DNA of 64,000 bases from Calditrichia bacterium (GTDB taxonomy: Bacteria; Calditrichota; Calditrichia; JAJRVZ01), in NCBI GenBank assembly GCA_963777955.1, contig CAVZSQ010000017.1:160001-224000 (forward strand), in the 5' to 3' direction. How positions within the stretch are numbered: the first letter of the stretch is position 1; each line of letters opens with the position of its first letter. The position numbers were made by a program, and so were the translations under genes. Below the pieces are notes generated by a model. That model was not told the DNA's origin. It worked only from the letters and a program-made list of their open reading frames with translations, and did not search any database. Positions 13,249-22,028 of the stretch are shown piece after piece.

Positions 13249-14091
13249 TTATATATTAAGATATTTATCAAACCAATTCTCTGAAAGGTCCATGGCCGTG
13301 TCCAGATAAGAATTTCTGGTGCGCAGGGGATGGCTGATGCCCAGCATATGGTTGGCGCCTTCGATAATGACCAGATCTTTGGTGTCGGTTTTCAGGCTGT
13401 CAAAGATCTTACGGGCCTCTTCGACCGGTACGTCTTCATCCTGGTCGCCATGGATGATCAGTACCGGTACATTAAGTTTGGCCGCAGCCTGTAAAATGTC
13501 CAGCCGGTCTTTGTTTTCCTGTATATCTTTTAAGAGTGAGCTGGAAACGGTCATATTCTGTCTGCTCCAGGTACTTTCCAGTTCGATAAACCCGTCTTTC
13601 TGCAAGTTAAAAATGTCGTCGGCATTAAAGCGCTCGACCGTGGATATGGCCGACCAGGTGACCACGGTCTGGATCTTTTTATCCCTGGCAGCACGGAGGA
13701 TAGCCAGCCCTCCGCCCCGGCAGTGGCCGAACAAACCAAGCCGGTGCTGATCGATCAGACCTTTGCCTATCTTTGATGTTTTAATTGCGGTCAGTACGCA
13801 TTCCAGGTCTTGTAATTCGTGCGAATAGGTATTGACCGCAAACTTATCGTGTTCGGTCAGATTGTCCAGATCCGCACCAATGCCGTTCCGCGAGAAATTA
13901 AAAGTGATGGTTACGTAACCGCTATCGGTCAGAGTTTCGGCCAGCAGGGGGAAGAAGCCCCAGTCCTTGAAACCGCCGAAGCCGTGACAGAGGATGATGG
14001 TCGCAGAATTTTTTGCTGATTCGCGGTAACGCAAATCACCGCGGATTATTTCATTATCAGCATTGGTCAGGGCAAAAGTTTTTCGCAGCAT
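13249..14091 (-). CDS. Alpha/beta-fold hydrolase with Cys at the nucleophile elbow
   Basis: HGFGGFKDWGFFP, GHCRGG elbow, IHGDQDEDVP (Asp), GANH (His). Confidence 0.85.
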   Translation of the reverse strand: MLRKTFALTNADNEIIRGDLRYRESAKNSATIILCHGFGGFKDWGFFPLLAETLTDSGYVTITFNFSRNGIGADLDNLTEHDKFAVNTYSHELQDLECVLTAIKTSKIGKGLIDQHRLGLFGHCRGGGLAILRAARDKKIQTVVTWSAISTVERFNADDIFNLQKDGFIELESTWSRQNMTVSSSLLKDIQENKDRLDILQAAAKLNVPVLIIHGDQDEDVPVEEARKIFDSLKTDTKDLVIIEGANHMLGISHPLRTRNSYLDTAMDLSENWFDKYLNI

Positions 14092-14285
14092 CTTTCCAGC
14101 TTACATGACGCAATTTAATTAAATCACATTCAGAAATAGTTCTATTTAATGAAGGATTGTCAAAGGATTACCGGTAAAAATACATATCCGCTCAATCGTT
14201 TTAAGATCCATTAAATCATGTATATACTGGAAATATATTATACTGCGGGGTAAAAATACAAACAATAATTACGAACAATGAAAAA

Positions 14286-14750
14286 TTACATTAATTTTTT
14301 TAAATCGTCCAGAATTTCACGGGAATGTCCGTTTACATCAACTTTGGCATAAATTTTGGCAATTTTCTGTGCGGGATCGATCAGAAAAGTCGTCCGCTGG
14401 ATGCCCATATAGGTTTTGCCGTACATGGATTTTTCTTTCCAGACGTCATAGGCTTCGGCAACTTTATCCTGTTCGTCACTGAGCAGCGGGAAGGGCAGAG
14501 TATACTTATTGATAAATTTTTCATGCTGCCGGCTGCTGTCTTTGCTGATACCCAGAATAATTACGTTTTGCTGCGTGAAGGCGCTATAATCATCACGGAA
14601 ATTACAGGCCTCGGTGGTACAGCCGGGGGTCATATCCTTAGGATAAAAATAGAGCACGATCCATTTTCCTTTATACTCTGCCAGTTTATGTACTTTACCA
14701 TTCTGGTCAGGCAGAGCGAATGCTGGGGCCGCCTTACCTTCCTGTATCAT
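14286..14750 (-). CDS. bcp: Thioredoxin-dependent thiol peroxidase (BCP/PrxQ)
   Basis: YFYPKDMTPGCTTEACNFRD, EKSMYGKTYMGIQRTTFLID. Confidence 0.95.
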   Translation of the reverse strand: MIQEGKAAPAFALPDQNGKVHKLAEYKGKWIVLYFYPKDMTPGCTTEACNFRDDYSAFTQQNVIILGISKDSSRQHEKFINKYTLPFPLLSDEQDKVAEAYDVWKEKSMYGKTYMGIQRTTFLIDPAQKIAKIYAKVDVNGHSREILDDLKKLM

Positions 14751-14817
14751 TTTTTCTCTCCTCGCCGTTATTGGTTGATGGCAATGATCAACATTTATAT
14801 AGTCGTCATCCTGTAAT

Positions 14818-14843
14818 GACGTGTTAACTTACCAATTTATTCC
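14818..14843 (-). promoter_or_regulatory. Candidate SigR/SigH-type promoter for bcp
   Basis: Minus strand GGAAT-N18-GTC, about 68 nt before the ATG. Confidence 0.5.
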
Positions 14844-15043
14844 CCGGCATGATACTACATATTTGAACAACTGTGCGTTAATAATATTGCCGGCCTACCG
14901 GTCGGATTCGATCTATAACACTTAATTTTTACGGGTAATTACCGGGCAGCGCTATCCGGTTTCTAAGATTAATAATATCAATCTATTAGAGATAGATTAT
15001 TTTTATACTATCTGACCGGTGTAGACGAAGGTCAGGCCAGACT

Positions 15044-15060
15044 CTGGCACGCTTTTGGTA
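15044..15060 (+). promoter_or_regulatory. Possible sigma-54-type -24/-12 promoter for the bacteriocin cluster
   Basis: CTGGCACG matches the -24 element; -12 region is TGGT instead of TTGC. Confidence 0.3.
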
Positions 15061-15129
15061 TGTATCTCAGCGAGTCTATAAATGCAAAAATAGAAATTAT
15101 ATTAAATGGTGCCTGCACGGTAGTCAGAA

Positions 15130-17340
15130 ATGAGAATAAACCGAAGGTATTTTAGAATTTTTAAGTCCGGTAGTTACGGCCGTTTTCCGGTTGTGAAGCA
15201 GCATGATCGCAGCGATTGCGGTCCGGCTGCGCTGTTAAGTGTGCTGCGCTACTACAGGGGCGACAGCAATATGGCCCGCCTGAGGGAATTATGCCATACC
15301 GGCAGCGAGGGGAGCACCATGTTTGATTTGATTGAAGCGGCCCGCCGGCTGGGTTTCGAGGCCAGCGGTGTTCGCGGTGAATATACCGATCTGCTGCGGG
15401 AAAAAATGCCCTGTATTGCCCATGTGGTCAAGGATGAAAAGTACACCCATTATGTTGTCATCTATGCGCTCAATCGGAAGCGTGTGCTGCTGGGGGATCC
15501 GGCGCGGGGATTATATAAATTATCCCGGGCCCGGTTCAACAGGATCTGGCAGCAGCAGGCAATTATCCTGCTGAGACCCCGTACTGCACTTTTTAAGCAA
15601 AGCACTCCGGTCTGGTTTGAATGGTTGTGGCCCTATCTGAATCATTATAAATCGTGGATCGCTCAAGCGGTCTTCCTGGGAATTGTCTATTCTGTTTTAA
15701 GCCTGATTATGGCTGTGTTTGTGCAAAAAATAATAGATGTATTTATTCCTGCAGCTGATATCAGCAGGATTACGATCAGCGGTATCTTGCTGGTTTTTTT
15801 AATCTCATTGAAAAGTGTGCTGGGATATTTCCGGCAATTTTTTTTGGTCTCGCTGAACGACAAACTCGGTCTGCGGCTGAACTCTGATTTTATTGACCAT
15901 GTATTGCGCCTGCCCAGACGCCTGCTGGACATTTACCGGGCCGGGGATATCACCTCGCGTCTCTATGATATCATCAGGATACAGCAGGGGGTGGTACAGA
16001 TTATTGGGATCACGATTATAGACCTGATGATCCTGGCTGGTTCGTTAGCCCTGATTTTTGCCTTCTCGTTTAAGATCGCTTTAATTACGCTGCTGGCCAT
16101 GCTGGTCTATACACTGTTTCTGCTGCTCAACCTGAAGAACCTGAACCATAAACAGCATGCACTGCTGCAATCATTCTCCGAAGTGCAGTCGATCTTCATC
16201 AATACGATCCAGGGTTTTGATGAAATTCTCAACTATAATGCTGCCGGTTTTTTCAGTGATAAAAATTGTTTCACCTTCGGTCAGTACCAGCAGCACCTGA
16301 AGTTACTGGGTTTACTGCGATCAAAACTGGCCGGTGCTGCCGAGCAATTGGGAAGTATGATGATGCTGGCCCTGCTGATCAGCGGCGCGGTCTGGGTCAT
16401 CAGGGAGGGACTTTTACTGGGACAATTGATGGCTTGTTATTCGCTGCTGGCCGGTATTATCCCCGCCCTGAACCGGCTGGTGGAAGGATCAGTGTCCTGG
16501 CAGGTCACGGCCATCGCTGTGCAACGGATTTTAGATTTAGTGCAGATGGACAAAGAAAAAGGTACAGGGCAGCTGATCTGTGAGCCTATCCAAAGCATCG
16601 CGGTCAGAGATGCGGGCTTTCAATGGTCCGCCCGTAAGCATCTCCTCGAGAATGTGTTTCTTGACCTGCAGCGGGGCAAGATCACTGCCTTGTGGGGTCC
16701 CATCGGTTCGGGGAAGAGCACCCTGATGCAGATCCTGCAGAGAAAATATCAGTTGGCAGCGGGAGAGATTCTCAGCAACGACCGGCCCGCAACTGAATTT
16801 GATCTTCATCTTTACCGGGAAAAAATCGGCATCGTGCCCCAGCAAGTAAAGGTCTTCGACGGCACCCTGGCCGAGAACATACTGCTGGGCCGCCGGATTG
16901 CGGACAGGGAAAAATTCAATCACCTGTTGTACCAATATGGATTCGCTGATTATGCCCGGAAATTTGAGCAGGGGTTGCTCACCGTGCTGGGAGAAAACGG
17001 GCGGCACCTGTCGGGCGGCGAATTGCAGATGCTGGGCTTAGCCCGTGCTTTGCTGTTTGAACCGGACGTACTGATGATCGATGAAGGGCTGAATGCCCTG
17101 GATGCGGAGATGGAGAAAACAGTTTTTAAAATAATTCAACAGTATGCCCTGACCCATCCGGTGCTGATCAGCACTCATAATTTAGCCATGATCACCCGGG
17201 TGGATTATGTGTATGTCCTGGACCAGGGCAGGATTGTGCAGTCCGGCACCCCGGCCTGCTTATTGATCCGGGACGGATATTTCAAAAATGTCTGGCTGAC
17301 GTGGAGAAGTAATCTTAACAGGGTTTATTGCCCGGTTTAA
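15130..17340 (+). CDS. Peptidase C39-containing ABC transporter (PCAT) for double-glycine peptides
   Basis: QHDRSDCGPAAL (Cys), HYVV (His), GDPARG (Asp); 6-TM domain; GPIGSGKST, LSGGE, IDEG. Confidence 0.95.
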   Translation: MRINRRYFRIFKSGSYGRFPVVKQHDRSDCGPAALLSVLRYYRGDSNMARLRELCHTGSEGSTMFDLIEAARRLGFEASGVRGEYTDLLREKMPCIAHVVKDEKYTHYVVIYALNRKRVLLGDPARGLYKLSRARFNRIWQQQAIILLRPRTALFKQSTPVWFEWLWPYLNHYKSWIAQAVFLGIVYSVLSLIMAVFVQKIIDVFIPAADISRITISGILLVFLISLKSVLGYFRQFFLVSLNDKLGLRLNSDFIDHVLRLPRRLLDIYRAGDITSRLYDIIRIQQGVVQIIGITIIDLMILAGSLALIFAFSFKIALITLLAMLVYTLFLLLNLKNLNHKQHALLQSFSEVQSIFINTIQGFDEILNYNAAGFFSDKNCFTFGQYQQHLKLLGLLRSKLAGAAEQLGSMMMLALLISGAVWVIREGLLLGQLMACYSLLAGIIPALNRLVEGSVSWQVTAIAVQRILDLVQMDKEKGTGQLICEPIQSIAVRDAGFQWSARKHLLENVFLDLQRGKITALWGPIGSGKSTLMQILQRKYQLAAGEILSNDRPATEFDLHLYREKIGIVPQQVKVFDGTLAENILLGRRIADREKFNHLLYQYGFADYARKFEQGLLTVLGENGRHLSGGELQMLGLARALLFEPDVLMIDEGLNALDAEMEKTVFKIIQQYALTHPVLISTHNLAMITRVDYVYVLDQGRIVQSGTPACLLIRDGYFKNVWLTWRSNLNRVYCPV

Positions 17341-17349
17341 GGGGAGTAG

Positions 17350-18024
17350 ATGGTTAACAGTATGGATCGTCCGCTGTGGATGCGGATGCAAAGCATAACT
17401 AACTGGCAGATATTCGCTGCGCTGATGGGAATTAATGTATTGTTAATCTGGCTGGTCAGGGAACAGGTTCTCCGTTCCGAATTCATTTATCAGCTTTTCC
17501 AGGAACAGATCGAGATAACCCGCCTGGACGATCAACTGGAACTGTGGCGGGGCTGGTTTAACCTGAATTTTATCCTGGTACCCCTGGTTCTTTTTATAAA
17601 ATTCTGTTTTATATCTTTTGTGCTGCAATTCCCGCTGTTGTTCCTGCTGGAAGATATCGCTTACCGGGATATTTTCAGGGTGGTCATGATCGCCCAGCTG
17701 GCCATGCTCGCCGCGGCGATCTTCCAGGTGGCTATTTTATACCTGAGACCACTGCCGGCAATCGATATGGAAAACCTGGGCCGCATGCCGTTAAGTCTGG
17801 CCGGCCTGACCGGGCAATATTCAGCTTTATCCATTCCGGCCAGGACGATCATCAACCGCTTTAATGTGTTTGAACTGATCTGGTGTATGATCGTCTATTA
17901 TAAACTTAAATCTCTGGTCACGATGAAAAGCGTCGATCTGGTTATCCTGGTCAGTGCTGTATGGATTTTTTTACTAATCCTGCAATGGCTGAGCACGGAA
18001 GTATTAATGTTGTTGAGCAGCTGA
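17350..18024 (+). CDS. Multi-pass membrane protein of the bacteriocin cluster (Yip1-like, possible immunity or accessory factor)
   Basis: About 5 hydrophobic segments, PLSLA...NVFELIW pattern resembling the Yip1 protein at 21196; 9 nt after the PCAT stop. Confidence 0.65.
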   Translation: MVNSMDRPLWMRMQSITNWQIFAALMGINVLLIWLVREQVLRSEFIYQLFQEQIEITRLDDQLELWRGWFNLNFILVPLVLFIKFCFISFVLQFPLLFLLEDIAYRDIFRVVMIAQLAMLAAAIFQVAILYLRPLPAIDMENLGRMPLSLAGLTGQYSALSIPARTIINRFNVFELIWCMIVYYKLKSLVTMKSVDLVILVSAVWIFLLILQWLSTEVLMLLSS

Positions 18025-18068
18025 GTTGTGATCCGGTTTTTGGATGATATTGATTAAGGGAGAAGATC

Positions 18069-18575
18069 ATGAAAGAAAAACAATTCTTTGTACTGGCGCT
18101 GCTGATTGCTGCTATAATCATCCTGGCGTTTTTTTGGATCGAACAGCACCGGAAAAAAATTCTGAAAGTCGGGGAAAGTATACCGGCAATGAATTATCAA
18201 ACCCGGGATGGACAACAGCTGCTGTCGGCAGACAGTACCCGGGTACTGGTACTGATGTATTTTAACCGGAAGTGCGAGTATTGCCTGTATCAACTGGAAT
18301 TGTTTGAAAAGAATATAGGGATCTTCCGTAATCAGAGATTCGTGTTTCTGACCAGCGAGGCGGATTTTTTTTCGGCGGGATTGGAAAAACAGTGGAGTAT
18401 GCTCAGCAGCCGGGAGAACTGCAGTTTCGGAATGGTTCCCGGCAATGTATTTTTGAATGCATTTGGCACGAGCAGCACCCCGGCGATTTTCATATTCAGT
18501 AACCGGGGTTTGCTGCTGGCCAATTTTAACAGTGTGATTAAACTGGACAAAATCAAACAGGTACTGGGGGTATGA
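18069..18575 (+). CDS. Membrane-anchored thioredoxin-fold protein (TlpA/ResA-like)
   Basis: N-terminal TM, VGESIP, YFNRKCEYC (CxxC), TPAIFIF cis-Pro loop. Confidence 0.85.
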   Translation: MKEKQFFVLALLIAAIIILAFFWIEQHRKKILKVGESIPAMNYQTRDGQQLLSADSTRVLVLMYFNRKCEYCLYQLELFEKNIGIFRNQRFVFLTSEADFFSAGLEKQWSMLSSRENCSFGMVPGNVFLNAFGTSSTPAIFIFSNRGLLLANFNSVIKLDKIKQVLGV

Positions 18576-18657
18576 TCATCAGTATGAAGCTAACACCGGT
18601 TTAATAAATACCCTTACCGGGGGGTAATAAAATAATGATCAAAGATTGGAGGTAGGT

Positions 18658-18852
18658 ATGCAGGAATTAACCAATGAAAGATTGCTGGCCTTGCAGGGAG
18701 GCCAAAAAGCAGCTGTAGGCGGGGCCTGTGCCATGTTCCTGATGGAATTAACCATCGTATTGGGGGCCGGGGTCATCCTGGGGGGCGCCGGAGCTGCTTT
18801 CGGCCTGGGTTTTGTAGTGGGTGCTCTGGCCTCGGAATCTAATCCCTGTTAA
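18658..18852 (+). CDS. Double-glycine bacteriocin precursor A (15-aa leader, 49-aa core)
   Basis: GGAGGT RBS; leader MQELTNERLLALQGG; Gly-rich hydrophobic core with Cys9 and Cys49. Confidence 0.85.
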   Translation: MQELTNERLLALQGGQKAAVGGACAMFLMELTIVLGAGVILGGAGAAFGLGFVVGALASESNPC

Positions 18853-18884
18853 CAACAATGAACTCAGAAAAGGAGGAAAGTAAG

Positions 18885-19106
18885 ATGGATGCAGCATGTT
18901 TAAAAGGAAATTTGATCGAATTAGATCAGAACGATCAGCTCAGTATCAGCGGCGGAAATAAAATCGCGGCTTTCGTCGACGGCCTCTGCGTGGTTTATGG
19001 TACCTATGCCGTGCTCGGCCTGGTGATTCCGGGCATAAATGCGGTCGGTGCCAGCACGTTAGGTGCATTCTGTGCCGGATATAAACTGGCCAGCTGGCTT
19101 TTATAA
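18885..19106 (+). CDS. Double-glycine bacteriocin precursor B (24-aa leader, 49-aa core)
   Basis: AGGAGG RBS; leader ending LIELDQNDQLSISGG; hydrophobic core with Cys11 and Cys39. Confidence 0.85.
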   Translation: MDAACLKGNLIELDQNDQLSISGGNKIAAFVDGLCVVYGTYAVLGLVIPGINAVGASTLGAFCAGYKLASWLL

Positions 19107-19123
19107 TAATCTTAACTGATTCA

Positions 19124-19209
19124 GCGTCCTTGGCGTATACCTTTGCGAACTCTGCGGTTAGAAAGCTCTCCGACGCAAAGGGCGCAGAGGTAACGCCAAG
19201 GTCGCAATG
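19124..19209. repeat. Palindromic CTTTGCG/CGCAAAG subunit repeat (family F)
   Basis: cttggcg..ctttgcg..ctctgcg arm facing cgcaaag..cgcagag..cgccaag; copies at 20806-20900 and 28120-28212. Confidence 0.8.
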
Positions 19210-19232
19210 AGAAACTCTACTGAAAACCGAAT

Positions 19233-19955
19233 ATGTTACAATTGATTTCTGTATCAAAAAGATATGCTGATGTGCTTGCACTGGATAATATCAATGTCAA
19301 TCTGGCCGCGGGACAGATTGTAGGCCTGATCGGCCCTAATGGCGCCGGCAAGACCACCCTGTTGCGGATTATCGGTACGATCCTGCGGGCCAGTCACGGA
19401 AAGGTATTATATAATGGGACCGATATTCAAACCGCTGCGGTAGAATATCGCGGCAAAATCGGCTATGTGCCGGAAGACGGCGGATTATATCTTAAATTGA
19501 CCCCCTTACAGAATTTAATGTTTTACAGATCATTTTATCATGAAGCCATCCCCCCGGCTGTGATTCGGGATTGTCTGCGGGAGTATGGATTGGAGCAGGA
19601 GCAGAATAAACAGACCGGCAAATTGTCCAAAGGCACCCGGCAAAAAATTCTGTTTCTCAAAGCGATTCTGAACCATCCCGAATTACTGATCCTGGATGAA
19701 CCGTTAAATTACCTGGACCCGGAGACCAGGATCAGCGTAAAGGAGAAATTAAAGGAATTGAGCGCCGCGGGGAAACTGGTGCTGCTCAGCAGTCACACCC
19801 TGGCCGAGGTGGAAGATCTGTGTACCACAATTATAATAATCCGCCAGGGTAGAATCCTGACCTGCACCTCTCTGCTGGAGCTTAAACAAAAATGTGCAGT
19901 AGCGGCAGAGCAGTCGCTGGAAAAAATTTACTTACGGATCATCGGATCGACATGA
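19233..19955 (+). CDS. ABC transporter ATP-binding protein (probable self-protection)
   Basis: GPNGAGKTT, LSKGTRQK, LILDEP, LSSH. Confidence 0.92.
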   Translation: MLQLISVSKRYADVLALDNINVNLAAGQIVGLIGPNGAGKTTLLRIIGTILRASHGKVLYNGTDIQTAAVEYRGKIGYVPEDGGLYLKLTPLQNLMFYRSFYHEAIPPAVIRDCLREYGLEQEQNKQTGKLSKGTRQKILFLKAILNHPELLILDEPLNYLDPETRISVKEKLKELSAAGKLVLLSSHTLAEVEDLCTTIIIIRQGRILTCTSLLELKQKCAVAAEQSLEKIYLRIIGST

Positions 19956-20735
19956 GCATAAAAAACATCAGACAACTGGCCTGGTTAGAGTGGCTGGAAC
20001 ACCGCAAACGCATCCTGGGCAGTATCCCGGTTTTATTGTTTTTCTCTGTTCCCGGATTTTTGCTGCCTTTGATCAGTAAAAGGGATCTAGATTCAGAATT
20101 AATCGGGAGGTACCTGCAGCAGTATCAACTATTATATTCAGTCTTTGTCCCAATCCGAGTTGCAGCAGATTATCATGATCGATTTCAGATTAACGGTAAT
20201 GGTCCTGACCGCCGCGCTGATCAGTCCTTTCCTGGGTATATTGGACAGTATCGGCAGCGAGAAGGAGGGCCGGACCATTGAGAATTTATTGGTTTTACCG
20301 CTGAGCGATGCGGAAATTATCAGCGGTAAAATCGTGACCTGCTGGCTGGCCGGGATTCTGCTCTCCTGGTTATTATGGCTGCTTTATTTCCTGTTTATGC
20401 TGTGGTATTCCACGCCGCCGGCCGCATTTCATCTGCTGAGCGGCAGCTGGCTGATCCTGGTAGCGCTGCTGGTACCGGCCGCAGGTCTGTTTATGAACCT
20501 GCTGGGTATAATTATTGCCGTGCTGGTGCAAAAAATACAGACCGGATACAATCTGGGCTTCCTGCTGGTATTCCCCCTGGCCCTGCTGCTGACCATGCTG
20601 GGATTTGGCCTGTACCGGTTGAATCTCACAAATGTAATGTTTGCCTCAGGTCTGTTCGCCCTGCTGGATGCGATGTTGTTTAAAGTTGCGTATAATATTT
20701 TCAACAGGGAAAAGATTATGTTGAGGTATAAATAA
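19952..20735 (+). CDS. ABC-2-type permease (frameshift near 20140)
   Basis: ATGA overlap with the ATPase; DSIGSEKEGRTIENLLVLPLSDAEIISGK motif; multiple TMs across two frames. Confidence 0.85.
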
Positions 20736-20805
20736 AGGGTAAAGGGATAAGGGTAATGGATTGTAGGAGGCGCTTCCCGGCGCCGATGTTTTTCGCTGAA
20801 TATTT

Positions 20806-20900
20806 CCTCTGCGACCCGTGCAATTCCTTAGCGACCTTAGCGTTTTGCTTTGATCTTTTTTAACCGCAAAGGACGCAAAGGATTCGCAAAGGTCACAGAG
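20806..20900. repeat. Family F palindromic repeat, copy 2
   Basis: ctctgcgacc..cttagcgaccttagcg / cgcaaaggacgcaaaggattcgcaaaggtcacagag. Confidence 0.8.
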
Positions 20901-21107
20901 AAAAATCTTAGCAGGAAATCTACAGGCAATTTGATCTTACTTTTTTGTTTCCGGTAATTTTTAACTTACATTATGACCTTAATTATTTTTTAACTCAGCG
21001 ATAGTCGTAATAATGTAAATAAAATATCTAAAAACCCTTTCGTATTTATTCAGGTTACAGAATTGAATATTATTCAGTTAGTGCTGTATATTATTCGAAT
21101 ATTAATC

Positions 21108-21135
21108 GCAACTTTTTTAAATATCACTCGTCTAT
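21108..21135 (+). promoter_or_regulatory. Candidate envelope-stress ECF promoter (RpoE/SigW-like)
   Basis: GCAACTT-N16-TCTA about 60 nt before the Yip1 ATG; same spacing at 49826-49852. Confidence 0.5.
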
Positions 21136-21195
21136 CGGGTACATGTACGAGTGGATGCACGAGTACATGTATTCAGGAACTTAAAGGAGGGAAAT

Positions 21196-21924
21196 ATGGA
21201 GGTTACTCAACCCGTACAGGGGCAGCAGGAAGCTAAACTGCCTTTTTTGACCAAGCTGGTTCTGCTTTTTACCAATCCCGCTAAACTTTTTGCCAATTTA
21301 AAACTATATCCTGATTGGCTGATACCAATTATCATAATTATAGTTTGTTCAATCGGCAGCGCCTGGATAAATCAGGATCTGATCAAGCAGAGACAGATAG
21401 ACAAGATCTCAAAATGGGAACAAGTGCCTGATGAGCAAAGAGAGGCGGCAATTCAAAAAACCGAGGAAAGCGGTATAATCAGCACTACTGTCGGAATAAC
21501 CGTTTTTACTTTCGTTATCTTCCTTTTCGTCTCGTTGCTTTTCTGGGTCAGCGGGAATTTTGTATTTGGCGGTTCTGCAAAATTTGTATCCGTACTCTCG
21601 GTATATACCTGGGGTTCACTGACCTTCATACCGGAAGAAATCATTAAAACTATCCTGAGGGGTGTGCGGAGTACTTATGATGTATACTCCAGCCTGGCCT
21701 TATTAATGGATCCGGAACAATCGAAAACAGTATTATTCAAGTTAGCCAATGCCATCGATATATTTTCCATCTGGCGCCTGTTTTTATGGGGATTAGGGTT
21801 AAGCATAATTTATAATTTTACCAGGGGCAAATCATACGGGATAGTTATTTTCTGGTATGTATTCGGTGTCCTGATCTGGATAGGACTGACCTTGTTAATA
21901 CCCTGGTTAGAAATGTTTATTTAA
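21196..21924 (+). CDS. Yip1-family membrane protein (YknW-like)
   Basis: AGGAGG RBS; FTNPAKLFANL..PDWLIP, AIDIFSIW...GLS; first gene of the efflux operon. Confidence 0.85.
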   Translation: MEVTQPVQGQQEAKLPFLTKLVLLFTNPAKLFANLKLYPDWLIPIIIIIVCSIGSAWINQDLIKQRQIDKISKWEQVPDEQREAAIQKTEESGIISTTVGITVFTFVIFLFVSLLFWVSGNFVFGGSAKFVSVLSVYTWGSLTFIPEEIIKTILRGVRSTYDVYSSLALLMDPEQSKTVLFKLANAIDIFSIWRLFLWGLGLSIIYNFTRGKSYGIVIFWYVFGVLIWIGLTLLIPWLEMFI

Positions 21925-22028
21925 GAATAATCAGGTGTGCAAAGCGGATGAAGGAAGAAATTCATATTGAAAGATGTTACTCAGAATACAGCCGGAATTA
22001 TAAGAAATAATTTTAAGGAGATTTACTG

